NCBI GenBank assembly: GCA_046050405.1 | Contig: JBJOPY010000089.1 | Coordinates: 1-34,357, forward strand | Origin: Bacteroidota bacterium | GTDB lineage: Bacteria; Bacteroidota; Bacteroidia; J057; JADKCL01 | Length of the DNA stretch: 34,357 nucleotides | Direction of reading: 5' to 3' | Part shown: positions 16,101 through 25,906 of the stretch, piece by piece | Numbering within the stretch: position 1 is the first letter of the stretch | How the letters are laid out: the number at the start of each line of letters is the position of its first letter | Translations under genes and position numbers: made by a program | The notes under the pieces: model-generated | Database searches by the model: none | Told to the model about the DNA's origin: nothing | The model's input: the letters and a program-made list of their open reading frames with translations, nothing else

Positions 16101-16514
16101 GAGCTTTCACTGAATGGCAAGATCGTCATAGACTTGGACGGGCAACCCTTTGAACTGAGGAAGGAAGATGTCGAAATCCGTACGGATGACGTTCCGGGCT
16201 GGCGCGTGGCAGGGAATGAGAAGGTGACTGTGGCGCTGGACCTGACACTGACCGATGCGCTCAAGCGAGAAGGCGTTTCCAGAGAGCTGGTCAGTCGCAT
16301 CCAAGGCATCCGCAAGGACAGCGGACTGGAAGTCACCGACCGCATCCTGATCCGACTTTCCGGTGTGGCCGAGTGGCGAGAGGCTCTCACCGAGAATATG
16401 GATTATATTTGTAGTGAAACGCTGGCGTCATCGCTGGAAATTGACAATAATTTCCAGGATGGCCACCCTGTCGAAATCGATGGGATTCATGGTTGGATAA
16501 AAATTATCTGGTAA
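13131..16514 (+). CDS. ileS: Isoleucine--tRNA ligase, type 2 (IleRS2)
   Basis: 1127 aa; FYEGPPSANGHPGIHH, GWDTHGLPIE, editing motifs WTTTPWTLPSN and GTGIVHIAP, DWNLSRSRFWG, EGVDQTRGWF, KMSKR; long type-2 C-terminus without the type-1 zinc finger. Confidence 0.98.
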   Translation: METKNPTLAKLYQEYQKLSLPELDKAILRFWKETDIFKKSISAREGNPSFVFYEGPPSANGHPGIHHVMGRTIKDIFCRYKTLKGYQVHRKAGWDTHGLPIELNVEKELGITKDDIGHRVPVEEYNQACKAAVMRFTNEWNEVTEKMGYWVDLEHPYVTYESKYIESCWWLLKQLFDKNLLYKGYTIQPYSPAAGTGLSSHELNQPGTYQKVKDTTIVAQFKAIRDSRSELLFSKAAGPVYFLAWTTTPWTLPSNTALAVGKGIAYVQVNTTNPYTDAPISIIMAEALMGKVLGIEGPMVDGQGTGKVGGKKIHFMQVGTYSGAELAGIHYEQLMPYVKPEGDAFRVIVGDFVTTEDGTGIVHIAPTFGADDFRVAAQNGIPALLVTHPDGSRGPLVDKKGRFVAEMAPYAGRFVKNYNDDDENAPDYRSTDVMIAIQLKEENKAFKVEKYEHDYPHCWRTDKPILYYPLDAWFIKTTAMKDRMVELNKTIHWKPESTGSGRFGNWLENLVDWNLSRSRFWGIPLPIWATDDASEKKCIGSREELFAEMKKSVAAGFMTAEQADEFAGRDDLHRPYVDYVVLVSETGKPMHREPDLIDVWFDSGAMPVAQLHYPFENQELFDQNFPGDFIAEGVDQTRGWFFTLHAIATMVFDKVAYKNVVSNGLVLDKDGVKMSKRLGNVVDPFKMLRTYGADTVRWYMVGNTAPWDNLKFNEEHMKETQQGYFGTLFNTYFFFAQYANVDGFDHRQPRIPVSERREMDRWAMSKLNTLIADVDAALGNYEPHRGIKAMEAFLDELSNWYVRLSRRVFWKGEMSGEKVAAYQTLYECLLTLSKMMAPYAPFYSEKLYGDLNRVTGLEPYESVHLCRFPSSNPAEIDHDLEQRMAFAREITSLVHSIRKHPQVNLKVRQPLARVLVPVLSEEMARQVMAVKDIILSEVNVKALELVRDGDGNAVIVKKAKANFKALGSRLGAKMKFAAAAVEKFGNQEFAELSLNGKIVIDLDGQPFELRKEDVEIRTDDVPGWRVAGNEKVTVALDLTLTDALKREGVSRELVSRIQGIRKDSGLEVTDRILIRLSGVAEWREALTENMDYICSETLASSLEIDNNFQDGHPVEIDGIHGWIKIIW

Positions 16515-16525
16515 ATTCGTAAATT

Positions 16526-16906
16526 ATGGAAGCGAAGGAGAAGAATTTCTACAGCAAGGCGGAACTTGAGGAGTTCAGGATTCTGATCACCGAAAAACTG
16601 TTGCTCGCGGAGCAAGAGTACAAGGATCTCGCAGAGAGTCTTCGCGACAGCAACCTCACCTCCGCCGACGGTTACAACATGACCGAGTTTGGCAGCGACA
16701 CCTTGGAAAAGGAACAGACAGAGATGTTCATGGCGCGTCAACAGAAATTCATCGGGTCGCTGCACCGGGCCCTGGAACGGATCCAAAACGGCACCTATGG
16801 GCGTTGCAAAGAAACAGGAAAGCTCATTTCCAAGGAGCGCCTCAGAGCCGTTCCCCATACGGAGCTTTCCATCGAGGCCAAGCGAACCCAACAACCAAAG
16901 CCCTGA
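16526..16906 (+). CDS. TraR/DksA family transcription factor (Bacteroidota type, single Cys)
   Basis: 'YSKAELEEFR', coiled coil, 'ALERIQNGTYGRCKETGKLISKERLRAVPHTELSIEAK'; sits between ileS and lspA. Confidence 0.9.
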   Translation: MEAKEKNFYSKAELEEFRILITEKLLLAEQEYKDLAESLRDSNLTSADGYNMTEFGSDTLEKEQTEMFMARQQKFIGSLHRALERIQNGTYGRCKETGKLISKERLRAVPHTELSIEAKRTQQPKP

Positions 16907-16930
16907 TCGCACGAGACCCTACCCTTCCCG

Positions 16931-17659
16931 GTGAGTAACACGCAAAAGCCACCGTTCGGAGACCTTTCGGAACAGGGTACTCCGGGGCGGATATTGTACG
17001 ATTACAGATTTTTCTGGTGTGCGTTCATGGTGGTCATCATCGACCAAGTGGTCAAGCTCGGCGTGAAGCTCACCATGCAACCCTATGAAGAAGTCAGGGT
17101 GCTTGGTGATTTTTTCCGTATCAACTACATCGAAAACAAGGGTGCTGCCTTCGGGCTGACCATTCGGGATCTCATGGCCAAGGTGGGAGTCAGCATGAGC
17201 GACGAAACGGCCAAGCTTTCCCTGACCATGTTTTCCATACTAGCAGTGGTCGTGATCCTCTATCTGCTTCAGCGGGTCAGGGATTCCCGAACCTCCCTCC
17301 CCCACTTCCTGGCACTGATCTTGGGGGGTGCCATCGGCAACATCGTCGACCGCGCATTCTACGGCGTCTGGTTTGCCGGAATCAATGACTATGAGGGCGG
17401 GCTGCTGCATGGCCGGGTCGTGGATATGTTCTATTTTGACCTGGTGCATGGCAATGTTCTGGGCTTGGAACTGAACCTGCTTCCTGTGTTCAATGTGGCG
17501 GATGCTGCCATTACGGTCGGCATCATTGCCATCGTTTTTTTTCAAAGGAGGTTCTTCAGGAATATCCATGAAGAGCCGAGGCTTGCCGATTCTGTCGCTG
17601 TGGCTCCCCCCTTGGAGCCTGGTGGCATGGATGAGGTCCATGACCGGACGGGCTCATGA
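16931..17659 (+). CDS. lspA: Lipoprotein signal peptidase (SPase II)
   Basis: IDQVVK, NKGAAFG, GGAIGNIVDR, VVDM, FNVADAAI; GTG start. Confidence 0.95.
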   Translation: MSNTQKPPFGDLSEQGTPGRILYDYRFFWCAFMVVIIDQVVKLGVKLTMQPYEEVRVLGDFFRINYIENKGAAFGLTIRDLMAKVGVSMSDETAKLSLTMFSILAVVVILYLLQRVRDSRTSLPHFLALILGGAIGNIVDRAFYGVWFAGINDYEGGLLHGRVVDMFYFDLVHGNVLGLELNLLPVFNVADAAITVGIIAIVFFQRRFFRNIHEEPRLADSVAVAPPLEPGGMDEVHDRTGS

Positions 17660-17739
17660 GCCGTGTCCTGTAAAGGGCTCCAACCGTCCGGAATCCTGAA
17701 AACATGCAGTGTTTTCGGCTGAATCTGAGAAATTATTTA

Positions 17740-17747
17740 TAATTTTA
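17740..17747 (+). promoter_or_regulatory. Candidate -7 promoter box (TAATTTTA) for nuoF-sucA-sucB
   Basis: In an AT-rich patch 32 nt upstream of ATG 17780; one mismatch to TAnnTTTG. Confidence 0.45.
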
Positions 17748-17779
17748 AGGTTCATTTCTGAATAGAGTTCGATCCGAAA

Positions 17780-19072
17780 ATGGAAAATTGGCGAGAGTAC
17801 AAGAAAGTTTTGCTTCCGGACATTCCGAACCTGAATCGCATAGATGTGTACATGCGTCACGGCGGGTATGAAATGCTGAGGAAGGTCGTGACCTCGGACG
17901 ACTGGGATCCGAAGAAAGTTATCGATGAGGTGAAGGCTGCAAACATCAGGGGCCGGGGTGGAGCTGGTTTCAATGCCGGGCTCAAATGGTCCTTCATGCC
18001 ACCCAAAAAGCCCAACTTACCTAGGTACCTAGCCTGCAACGGCGATGAGTCCGAACCTGGCACCATCAAGGATCGCCGCATCTATGAGTTCAACCCGCAC
18101 CAGTTCATCGAGGGTGCCATCATCGCATGCTATGCGATGGAGATGGATGCCGCCTATGTCTATATCCGTGGGGAATACATGGATTATATCGACATCATGC
18201 AGCGGGCCGTGGACGAAGCCTATATGAAAGGGTTTGCAGGCAAGAACCTCTTCGGGACGAATTTCTCCTGCGAGGTGTTCGTGCACACAGGGGCAGGCGC
18301 CTACATCTGCGGCGAAGAAACTTCCCTGATGGAATCATTGGAAGGAAACCGCCCTTATCCCCGGTCGAAGCCGCCGTTTCCAGCACAGTACGGTCTCTGG
18401 GGGAAGCCCACGACCATCAACAACATTGAGACGCTGACCAATGTGCCGCTTGTCATCCGCCATGGGGCGAAGTGGTGGTCCTCCATCGGTGCCCACACAC
18501 ATCCCGGCCCGATCCTTTACGGCATCTCCGGGCATGTGAACCGCCCCGGGGTGTACGAGTATCCGACAGGGATGAAGCTCACGGACATGATTTATGAAGT
18601 CGCCGGAGGCATGCGAAACGGAAAAAAGATCAAGTGCGTGGTTCCTGGCGGTTCTTCATGCCCCTTTCTCACCGCCGATGAGGTACACAGCGGCCTCACC
18701 ATGGACAGCGATTCCTTGCGCAGTGTAGGCTCCGTATTGGGCACTGCTGGAATGTGCGTGCTGAACGAAGACACTGACATGGTGAAATTCACCTACCGTG
18801 TGGCAAAATTCTACGACCACGAGTCATGCGGACAATGTACGCCCTGCCGTGAAGGCACGGGATGGTTTGTGAAGACGTTGCGCAAGTTCGTCGACCGCAC
18901 GGCGACCACACGTGACATCGAGGTTCTCCTGGAACTCTGCGATACCTTGGAGGGGAGGACGGTTTGTGCATTGGCAGACGCTACCGCATGGCCGGTACGC
19001 TCGGCATTGAAGAAATTCCGTGCAGACTTCGAAGCACGAGTGACTGAAAAGGCTGTCTCCGCTGTTCGCTGA
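17780..19072 (+). CDS. nuoF: NADH-quinone oxidoreductase subunit F (FMN/NADH-binding, N3 4Fe-4S)
   Basis: GRGGAGFNAGLKW, NGDESEPGT, GAGAYICGEETSLMESLEG, ESCGQCTPCREG...TVCALAD. Confidence 0.95.
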   Translation: MENWREYKKVLLPDIPNLNRIDVYMRHGGYEMLRKVVTSDDWDPKKVIDEVKAANIRGRGGAGFNAGLKWSFMPPKKPNLPRYLACNGDESEPGTIKDRRIYEFNPHQFIEGAIIACYAMEMDAAYVYIRGEYMDYIDIMQRAVDEAYMKGFAGKNLFGTNFSCEVFVHTGAGAYICGEETSLMESLEGNRPYPRSKPPFPAQYGLWGKPTTINNIETLTNVPLVIRHGAKWWSSIGAHTHPGPILYGISGHVNRPGVYEYPTGMKLTDMIYEVAGGMRNGKKIKCVVPGGSSCPFLTADEVHSGLTMDSDSLRSVGSVLGTAGMCVLNEDTDMVKFTYRVAKFYDHESCGQCTPCREGTGWFVKTLRKFVDRTATTRDIEVLLELCDTLEGRTVCALADATAWPVRSALKKFRADFEARVTEKAVSAVR

Positions 19073-19104
19073 CCCTGGTTCTTTTGTTCATTGATCATTG
19101 AAAA

Positions 19105-21864
19105 ATGGCATCTAACTTTTCCTATCTGAGCAATGCCGAGCCTGGATACATTGACCAGATCTATCGGCAATATCTCAGCGACCCGGCGAGCGTGGACTAC
19201 GGCTGGGCCAAGTTTTTCGAAGGCTTCGACTTTGCCCGGCTGCAAGCCGGAGATGCAGCCACGGCAAACACGGACCTCAAAGAAATCCAAGTGTTGAATC
19301 TGATCAATGCCTACCGTTCACGAGGGCATTTGTTCACGAAAAGCAACCCTGTCAGGGAACGTCGCAAGTATAGCCCAACGCTGGCGCTCGAGAATTTCGG
19401 ACTGGGCGATGCGGACCTTGGCACGATTTTCCACGCGGGCGTGGATGTAGGGCTGGGGCCGGCAACGTTGCGCGACATCGTCGCCCTGCTTGAAACCACT
19501 TATTGCCGCCACATCGGGGCAGAGTACATGTTCATCCGGGAGCCTGAGATCGTGGATTGGCTCCGTACCAAGATGGAGACTGCGCGCAATATGCCATCCT
19601 TCTCCAAAGAGCAGCAATTGCGCATCCTCTCCAAGCTGAACGAGGCTGTCGTCTTCGAGGACTTTCTCGCCAAGAAGTATGTCGGCGAAAAACGTTTCTC
19701 CGTCGAGGGTGCCGAGACAACGATTCCAGCCCTGGACGAAATCATTGAAGCCGGCTCCGAACTCGGGGTACAGGAATACGTGATCGGGATGGCCCATCGC
19801 GGCCGACTGAACATCCTAGCCAACATCCTTAAAAAGCCATATTCCGAGATTTTTACGGAGTTCGAAGGCTATTACCAAGAAATTGACGACTTCGCAGGGG
19901 ATGTAAAGTACCATCATGGCTATTCTTGCGACATCACTTCCCGTGCCAATGTACGGGTGCACCTGTCCCTCTGCGCCAATCCATCCCACCTGGAGGCAGT
20001 CGGCCCAGTGGCCCAAGGAAAGGCGCGCGCCAAGCTTGACCAAAAGTATGCAGGCGACCGCAAGAAGATCGTCCCGATTCTCATCCACGGAGACGCTGCT
20101 GTCGCCGCCCAAGGCATTGTGTACGAGCAAATCCAAATGAGCGAATTGGAAGGATACCAAGCCGGCGGCACCATACACTTGGTCATCAACAACCAAGTTG
20201 GTTTCACCACCAACTATACCGATGCACGCACGAGCACCTACTGCACGGACGTGGCCAAGGTGACCAACTCTCCAGTCTTCCATGTGAACGGAGACGATGT
20301 GGAAGCGGTCGTCTATGCATGCAACCTGGCAATGGAGTTTCGGCAGCGGTATCACCGTGACGTTTTCATCGACCTGCTTTGCTATCGCCGCTGGGGACAC
20401 AACGAAGGCGATGAGCCGCGCTTCACGCAGCCGATCTTGTACAAGGAGATCGAGGCACACAAGAATCCACGGGATATCTATTTCGAATCCCTCCTGAATC
20501 AATCGGTGGTGACGGCAGGCTACGACAAGGAGCTTGACAAGGCATTCCGGTCCTCACTTCAGAGCGACTTGAACTCGGTGAAGCAGAGCGGGCAGGCCGT
20601 CAAATACAGTTTCGGGGAATCTGTCTGGAAAGGCATCCGCCGCGAGCAGGAGTCCGATTGGGTGCAAAGCCCCAACACAGGCGTTGAACTGTCCCTGCTG
20701 AAGTCCCTCGCCGACAAAATGGTCGATCTGCCAAATGACAAGGCGTTTTTTGACAAGACCATTAAGATTTTCGACCAACGGAAGGATCAAATCAAGGCTG
20801 ACAAACTTGACTGGTCCATGGGTGAATTGCTCGCGTATGCCACATTGCTGAATGAAGGCTTCGGGGTCAGGTTCTCGGGGCAGGACGTAGAGCGGGGTAC
20901 ATTTGCACATCGTCATGCCGTATTGAAGATTGATCAAACGGAAGAAGAATATGTGCCCCTGAACAATCTTGGCTACAAGAACAAAATCAACATCTACAAC
21001 TCCCTACTGAGTGAGTATGCCGTCCTAGGCTTCGAATACGGCTATTCATTATCCTCTCCGAATCACCTGACGATTTGGGAGGCGCAATTTGGAGATTTCG
21101 GAAATGGTGCCCAGGTCGTGATCGACCAATTCGTCTCCTGTTCCGAACAGAAGTGGATGCGCCTGAGCGGTCTCACGATGCTGCTCCCCCACGGGTATGA
21201 GGGCCAAGGCCCGGAACACTCCTCTGCGCGGATTGAGCGCTTCCTGGAGATGTGCAGCAGCAACAACTGGCAGATTGTCCAGCCCACGACGCCCGCACAG
21301 ATGTTCCATTTGTTGCGTCGCCAGTTGCACCGCGAATTCAGGGTTCCATTGATCGTTTTCACACCGAAGGGATTGCTCCGCTTGCCAGAAGCGACCAGCA
21401 GGCTGGCGGAACTCAGCGATGGACACTTTCAAGAATTGATTGATGACACCCTCGTGGATGCCGCAGCGGTTGAGCGTGTCCTGATGGTCTCCGGCAGGCT
21501 GTACTACGAGCTTGTCAAGCGGCAGAAGGAAGAATCCCGCATGGATGTCGCTGTCGTGCGCCTGGAGCAGATCTATCCTCTTCCGACACGTCAGATTGAG
21601 GCCGTCAAGGCCAAATACAAGAATGCCAAGCAATGGTTCTGGGTTCAGGATGAACCCGAGAACATGGGTCCATGGTCGTTCCTCCTCCGGAAGTTGCGCG
21701 ACCTCCCATGGGAGGTCATCTCCCGCCCTGAAGGTGCAAGTCCGGCCACGGGATATAAGAAGCTTCACTTGACGGAGCTAAAATCCATTCTGGATCGCGC
21801 ATTTGCGGCCACACCATCGGACAGTGTCGCAAGAAAAGCAATAGAAGTACTTTCGAAAACATAA
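19105..21864 (+). CDS. sucA: 2-oxoglutarate dehydrogenase E1
   Basis: [25 protein letters not shown] motif HGDAA...[42 protein letters not shown]. Confidence 0.98.
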   Translation: MASNFSYLSNAEPGYIDQIYRQYLSDPASVDYGWAKFFEGFDFARLQAGDAATANTDLKEIQVLNLINAYRSRGHLFTKSNPVRERRKYSPTLALENFGLGDADLGTIFHAGVDVGLGPATLRDIVALLETTYCRHIGAEYMFIREPEIVDWLRTKMETARNMPSFSKEQQLRILSKLNEAVVFEDFLAKKYVGEKRFSVEGAETTIPALDEIIEAGSELGVQEYVIGMAHRGRLNILANILKKPYSEIFTEFEGYYQEIDDFAGDVKYHHGYSCDITSRANVRVHLSLCANPSHLEAVGPVAQGKARAKLDQKYAGDRKKIVPILIHGDAAVAAQGIVYEQIQMSELEGYQAGGTIHLVINNQVGFTTNYTDARTSTYCTDVAKVTNSPVFHVNGDDVEAVVYACNLAMEFRQRYHRDVFIDLLCYRRWGHNEGDEPRFTQPILYKEIEAHKNPRDIYFESLLNQSVVTAGYDKELDKAFRSSLQSDLNSVKQSGQAVKYSFGESVWKGIRREQESDWVQSPNTGVELSLLKSLADKMVDLPNDKAFFDKTIKIFDQRKDQIKADKLDWSMGELLAYATLLNEGFGVRFSGQDVERGTFAHRHAVLKIDQTEEEYVPLNNLGYKNKINIYNSLLSEYAVLGFEYGYSLSSPNHLTIWEAQFGDFGNGAQVVIDQFVSCSEQKWMRLSGLTMLLPHGYEGQGPEHSSARIERFLEMCSSNNWQIVQPTTPAQMFHLLRRQLHREFRVPLIVFTPKGLLRLPEATSRLAELSDGHFQELIDDTLVDAAAVERVLMVSGRLYYELVKRQKEESRMDVAVVRLEQIYPLPTRQIEAVKAKYKNAKQWFWVQDEPENMGPWSFLLRKLRDLPWEVISRPEGASPATGYKKLHLTELKSILDRAFAATPSDSVARKAIEVLSKT

Positions 21865-21869
21865 GCCGC

Positions 21870-23093
21870 ATGATTCTTGAAGTGAAAGTCCCGGTTCCGG
21901 GCGAATCGATCACAGAGGTTGAGCTTGGAGCTTGGCTGGTCAATACAGGAGACATCGTTCAGATGGATGACGAATTGGTGGAAATCAACTCCGACAAAGC
22001 CACGCTCAGCATCAATGCCGAGGGTGGAGGCAGAATCGAGATCTTGAAAAAGGAAGGCGAGATCGTCCGTGTCGGAGAAGTCGTCGCCAAGATCGATGCC
22101 TCCGTCGCGGGGGCAGCACCAGATGCCAGACCCGCCACCGAAACCGCCGCCGAACCTATCCCCCCCCGGGTGGATGCCGGAAAGGGCTCCGCCTACACGG
22201 AGGGTGTCGCATCTGTGTCCGCAGAAAAAATGATGCGGGACAAAGACATCGCCAAGGAATCCGTGGCAGGGACGGGGCGTGGCGGTCGCGTGACCAAGAC
22301 CGACGTGGTGGAAGCAGTGAAAAACCAAGGCAATGCCTCGACACTGCCCAAGGCTGAACAAACGGTCACGGGCACACCCGCACCTCCAGGCGATCGCACC
22401 AGCGAGCACAAGAAGATGACCGTCCTGCGTCGGAGGATTGCCGAGCGATTGGTCGGGGCTAAAAACAACACTGCCATGCTCACCACCTTCAATGAGGTGG
22501 ACATGCAAGCAATCAAGGATCTCCGTGCGCTGTATAAAGACAAATTCAAGGAAGTACATGGTGTAGGCCTTGGCTTCATGGGCTTCTTCGTACGCGCATG
22601 CTGCGAGGCCATGAAATTTGTCCCGAACATCAACTCTCAGATCGACGGCGACGACATGGTGAGCTTCCGCTACATTGATATCGGTGTGGCCGTCAGCACG
22701 GATCGTGGCCTGGTGGTTCCTAACATTCGCAATGCCGAGAAGATGACTATCTTGGAAATCGAGAAGGTGATCGCAGCCTACGCCATCAAAGCCCGTGAAG
22801 GCAAGATCACCATCGAAGACATGACTGGCGGCACCTTCACCATCACCAACGGCGGTGTCTTCGGATCCATGCTCTCAACACCTATTTTGAACCCGCCGCA
22901 GAGTGCCATCCTCGGCATGCACAACATCGTCGACCGCCCTGTCGTGGTCGGTGGGCAGATCGTCATCCGCCCAGTAATGTACCTGGCGCTGTCCTATGAC
23001 CACCGAATCGTGGACGGGAAGGAGGCCGTGACCTTTTTATACAAGGTGAAGGAATTCCTCGAGGATCCTGCACGGCTCTTGTTAGGGATTTGA
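21870..23093 (+). CDS. sucB: Dihydrolipoyllysine-residue succinyltransferase (E2 of OGDH)
   Basis: Lipoyl domain 'EINSDKAT', E3-binding '[12 protein letters not shown]', [12 protein letters not shown], catalytic 'SYDHRIVDG'. Confidence 0.98.
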   Translation: MILEVKVPVPGESITEVELGAWLVNTGDIVQMDDELVEINSDKATLSINAEGGGRIEILKKEGEIVRVGEVVAKIDASVAGAAPDARPATETAAEPIPPRVDAGKGSAYTEGVASVSAEKMMRDKDIAKESVAGTGRGGRVTKTDVVEAVKNQGNASTLPKAEQTVTGTPAPPGDRTSEHKKMTVLRRRIAERLVGAKNNTAMLTTFNEVDMQAIKDLRALYKDKFKEVHGVGLGFMGFFVRACCEAMKFVPNINSQIDGDDMVSFRYIDIGVAVSTDRGLVVPNIRNAEKMTILEIEKVIAAYAIKAREGKITIEDMTGGTFTITNGGVFGSMLSTPILNPPQSAILGMHNIVDRPVVVGGQIVIRPVMYLALSYDHRIVDGKEAVTFLYKVKEFLEDPARLLLGI

Positions 23094-23319
23094 TTGGGAT
23101 TGGATTTTGGCGATTTAGGCCTGCTGGACAGATGCACGGCTCAGACTGCTCTTGCAGGTTGCAAGGCTCCCGGGTCGCATTCGAAAACCTTCCCATCCTG
23201 CTCATGCTTCCCCGGCTGGAATCGATAGACTCCCTATTTTTTCGGGAATCCCTTCTCCTCACCATCACTTTTCCGGGAATTTTCGTAGATTCTACTATGT
23301 ATGAGCATCCGAGTAGAAT

Positions 23320-24039
23320 ATGAAAACGCTTAGTTCCAATTGGTTCGTTGAGGGTCTACAGGACTTCGAATACAAGAAATATGTGCTGCTGGCATATCTG
23401 CAGGGGGTCAAGCAAGCCTTCGATCAAGTGCTTCTGTACCCCGTTTTTTCAGAGTTGATCAACCACTACCAAGATCTCCATGCCTTCCTGCAAGGAAAGC
23501 AGCAATTTGAAAGTCAAGCTCCCAAGCAATTGAAGGCCATTGACTGGGAGAAGTTCAGAGCCTTGTATGCGTCCTTGCTCGCAGACGACGATGCCATCCG
23601 TGAAATCGAAGAGATTGTCGAGTTTTCACTACCCAAGATCAAGGCATCCCTGGACGAGGGCAGGCAACTGTACGAATTGATCGATGAAAGCATCGAAATC
23701 GATACGATCGGACTTCTGCCGCTGTACCGCGATGCAGGTTACATCTTGGTGCGCGGTGGAGACACGCAGGAGGTTAGGGCCTACTCCTATCAAATCACCG
23801 TATTCGAAGATGCAAATGAACGCTATCGGGGCATACATACCCAATGGGTGGGAGATTTCAGGCTGAGCTTCGCGAATACCTTCGAAGCCATCAAGCTAGA
23901 GCTCATTCGCTACCGGCAGAACCTACCCAACCCCGCCACCTTTTCCATCAACTCCAGAATGCGGTTCCCGGAAGAAGCGTCGCTGCTTCCTGTGGCAAAG
24001 CGAAAATTGGTCCGCTTCCTGGCAGGATTGAAAGACTGA
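23320..24039 (+). CDS. Hypothetical protein, apparently a conserved Bacteroidota family
   Basis: 239-aa ORF with coding-like composition filling the gap between sucB and pruA; N-terminal 'WF.EG..DFEYKKY.LLAYLQ' pattern recalled from Bacteroidota hypotheticals. Confidence 0.8.
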   Translation: MKTLSSNWFVEGLQDFEYKKYVLLAYLQGVKQAFDQVLLYPVFSELINHYQDLHAFLQGKQQFESQAPKQLKAIDWEKFRALYASLLADDDAIREIEEIVEFSLPKIKASLDEGRQLYELIDESIEIDTIGLLPLYRDAGYILVRGGDTQEVRAYSYQITVFEDANERYRGIHTQWVGDFRLSFANTFEAIKLELIRYRQNLPNPATFSINSRMRFPEEASLLPVAKRKLVRFLAGLKD

Positions 24040-24219
24040 GGGAACTGACGCATCGACTCGCGACCGAGAAGGCAATCAATCGCACGCCGGCCTTTCACCA
24101 AGCGATCAAAACGCATTTGGACAGGGGCGTCTCCGATCGTAGGCGTTTGGACTCCCCCCCCAACGCTCCAGTCCCCAAATCCTGATTAACTTAGGGGGCA
24201 AATTCAAGGAAAGATACGC

Positions 24220-25851
24220 ATGTCAAACGCATTCTTTAATGTTCCTGTTCCGAAAAATGAGCCTGTATTGAGCTATGCTCCTGGCAGTTACGAGAGAAAA
24301 GCACTCATCGCCAAGATCGATGAACTCTCGGCCCACAAGGTGGAAATCCCCATGTACATTGGTTCTGACGCGGTTTTCACGCCTGAGAAGCGGCCAATGC
24401 ACCCGCCACACAACCATTCGCTTTTGCTGGGGTATCATGCCTGGGGCGACGCCTCGCATGTCCACGCTGCGATCGCCGCCGCACTTGGAGCAAGACCCAA
24501 ATGGGCTGCCATGCCCTGGGAACAGCGTGCAGCCATCTTCCTAAAGGCTGCCGAACTGCTGACAGGCCCCTACCGCGCCAAGATGAACGCTGCCACGATG
24601 CTTGCCCAGAGCAAAAATGCCTTTCAGGCCGAGATCGATGCTGTCTGTGAGCTCGCAGACTTCTGGCGGTTCAACGCAGCCTACATGACACAGATCTACA
24701 AGGATCAACCCGAGTCGCATCCCGGTGTCTGGAACCGCATTGAATACCGGCCGCTCGAAGGTTTCGTCTTCGCCCTGACCCCCTTCAATTTCACCTCCAT
24801 CGCCGCAAACCTCTGCGGAGCACCCGCGATAATGGGCAACACCGTCGTCTGGAAACCGTCGGATTCGCAGATCTATTCGGCCCAGGTGATCATGGAGATC
24901 TACCGCGAAGCCGGCCTGCCGGACGGGGTCATCAACCTGATCTATGTCGATGGCCCCCTTGCGGGCGACATCATTTTCCAGCATCCAGACTTCGCTGGGC
25001 TCCATTTCACAGGTTCGACCGGTGTCTTCCAGCATATCTGGAGGGAAGTCGGAAACAATATCGGCAAGTACAAGTCCTACCCGAGAGTGGTAGGAGAGAC
25101 CGGGGGAAAGGATTTCATCTTTGCCCACGGGAGTGCCGACCCACAAGCAGTTGCAACGGCAATCAGCCGTGGTGCATTCGAGTTTCAGGGGCAGAAATGC
25201 TCGGCAGCCTCGCGTGCCTATCTCCCGAGGTCGATCTACGTGGACGTGATGTCCCAGGTGATCTCAGATCTGAAGACCTTCAGAATGGGGGATCCGAGAG
25301 ACTTCACCAATTTCATTAATGCCGTGATCGACGAGCGATCCTTCAACAAGATTGCCCGCTACATTGACCGCGCCAGGGAGAGCAAGGAGGCGGAGATCAT
25401 CGCCGGAGGAAACTATGACAAAAGCAAGGGCTTCTTCATCGAGCCGACCGTGATCAAGACCAACAACCCCCTCTTCTTGACGATGTGCGAGGAAATCTTC
25501 GGCCCCGTGATCACGGTCTATGAATATGAAGACGATCACTGGGAGGACGTCATCGGCATCCTGGACAGGACAGGACCGTATGCCCTGACCGGTGCGCTGT
25601 TTGCAAGGGATCGCTACGTGATCGAGAAAGCCAGCCGCATGCTTGAAAATGCTGCCGGCAATTTTTACATCAATGACAAGCCCACAGGCGCCGTCGTAGG
25701 CCAGCAGCCATTCGGCGGAGCAAGGGCATCAGGAACCAACGACAAGGCCGGATCCTATCTGAATCTCCTGCGCTGGGTTTCTCCGCGTACCATCAAGGAA
25801 ACTTTCGTTCCTCCGAAGGACTATCGATATCCCTTCCTGTTGCCTGACTGA
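24220..25851 (+). CDS. pruA: L-glutamate gamma-semialdehyde (1-pyrroline-5-carboxylate) dehydrogenase
   Basis: NEPVLSYAPGS, PFNFTSI, FTGSTG, GETGGKDF, FEFQGQKCSAASR (catalytic Cys), EEIFGP, NDKPTGAVVGQQPFGG. Confidence 0.96.
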   Translation: MSNAFFNVPVPKNEPVLSYAPGSYERKALIAKIDELSAHKVEIPMYIGSDAVFTPEKRPMHPPHNHSLLLGYHAWGDASHVHAAIAAALGARPKWAAMPWEQRAAIFLKAAELLTGPYRAKMNAATMLAQSKNAFQAEIDAVCELADFWRFNAAYMTQIYKDQPESHPGVWNRIEYRPLEGFVFALTPFNFTSIAANLCGAPAIMGNTVVWKPSDSQIYSAQVIMEIYREAGLPDGVINLIYVDGPLAGDIIFQHPDFAGLHFTGSTGVFQHIWREVGNNIGKYKSYPRVVGETGGKDFIFAHGSADPQAVATAISRGAFEFQGQKCSAASRAYLPRSIYVDVMSQVISDLKTFRMGDPRDFTNFINAVIDERSFNKIARYIDRARESKEAEIIAGGNYDKSKGFFIEPTVIKTNNPLFLTMCEEIFGPVITVYEYEDDHWEDVIGILDRTGPYALTGALFARDRYVIEKASRMLENAAGNFYINDKPTGAVVGQQPFGGARASGTNDKAGSYLNLLRWVSPRTIKETFVPPKDYRYPFLLPD

Positions 25852-25900
25852 GCACCAGGCAGCTGCCAGCATTCAACATCTGGCCTGGGTTGCCTGATGC
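25852..25900. terminator. Stem-loop between the convergent pruA and AMP-binding-like genes, possible bidirectional terminator
   Basis: CAGGCAGC(25856-63)/GTTGCCTG(25889-96) plus inner GCCAG/CTGGC. Confidence 0.45.
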
Positions 25901-25906
25901 CATTCT

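Noticed and set aside
19105-23093. Missing lpdA (E3) next to sucAB as evidence that NuoF replaces E3
   Set aside because: lpdA is commonly unlinked, SucB keeps its E3-binding domain, and NuoF lacks the redox disulfide needed to oxidise dihydrolipoamide.
23281-23300. TTCTACTA/GTAGAT resemblance to a Cas12a repeat
   Set aside because: Single, partial, in the wrong order, and no array or cas gene.
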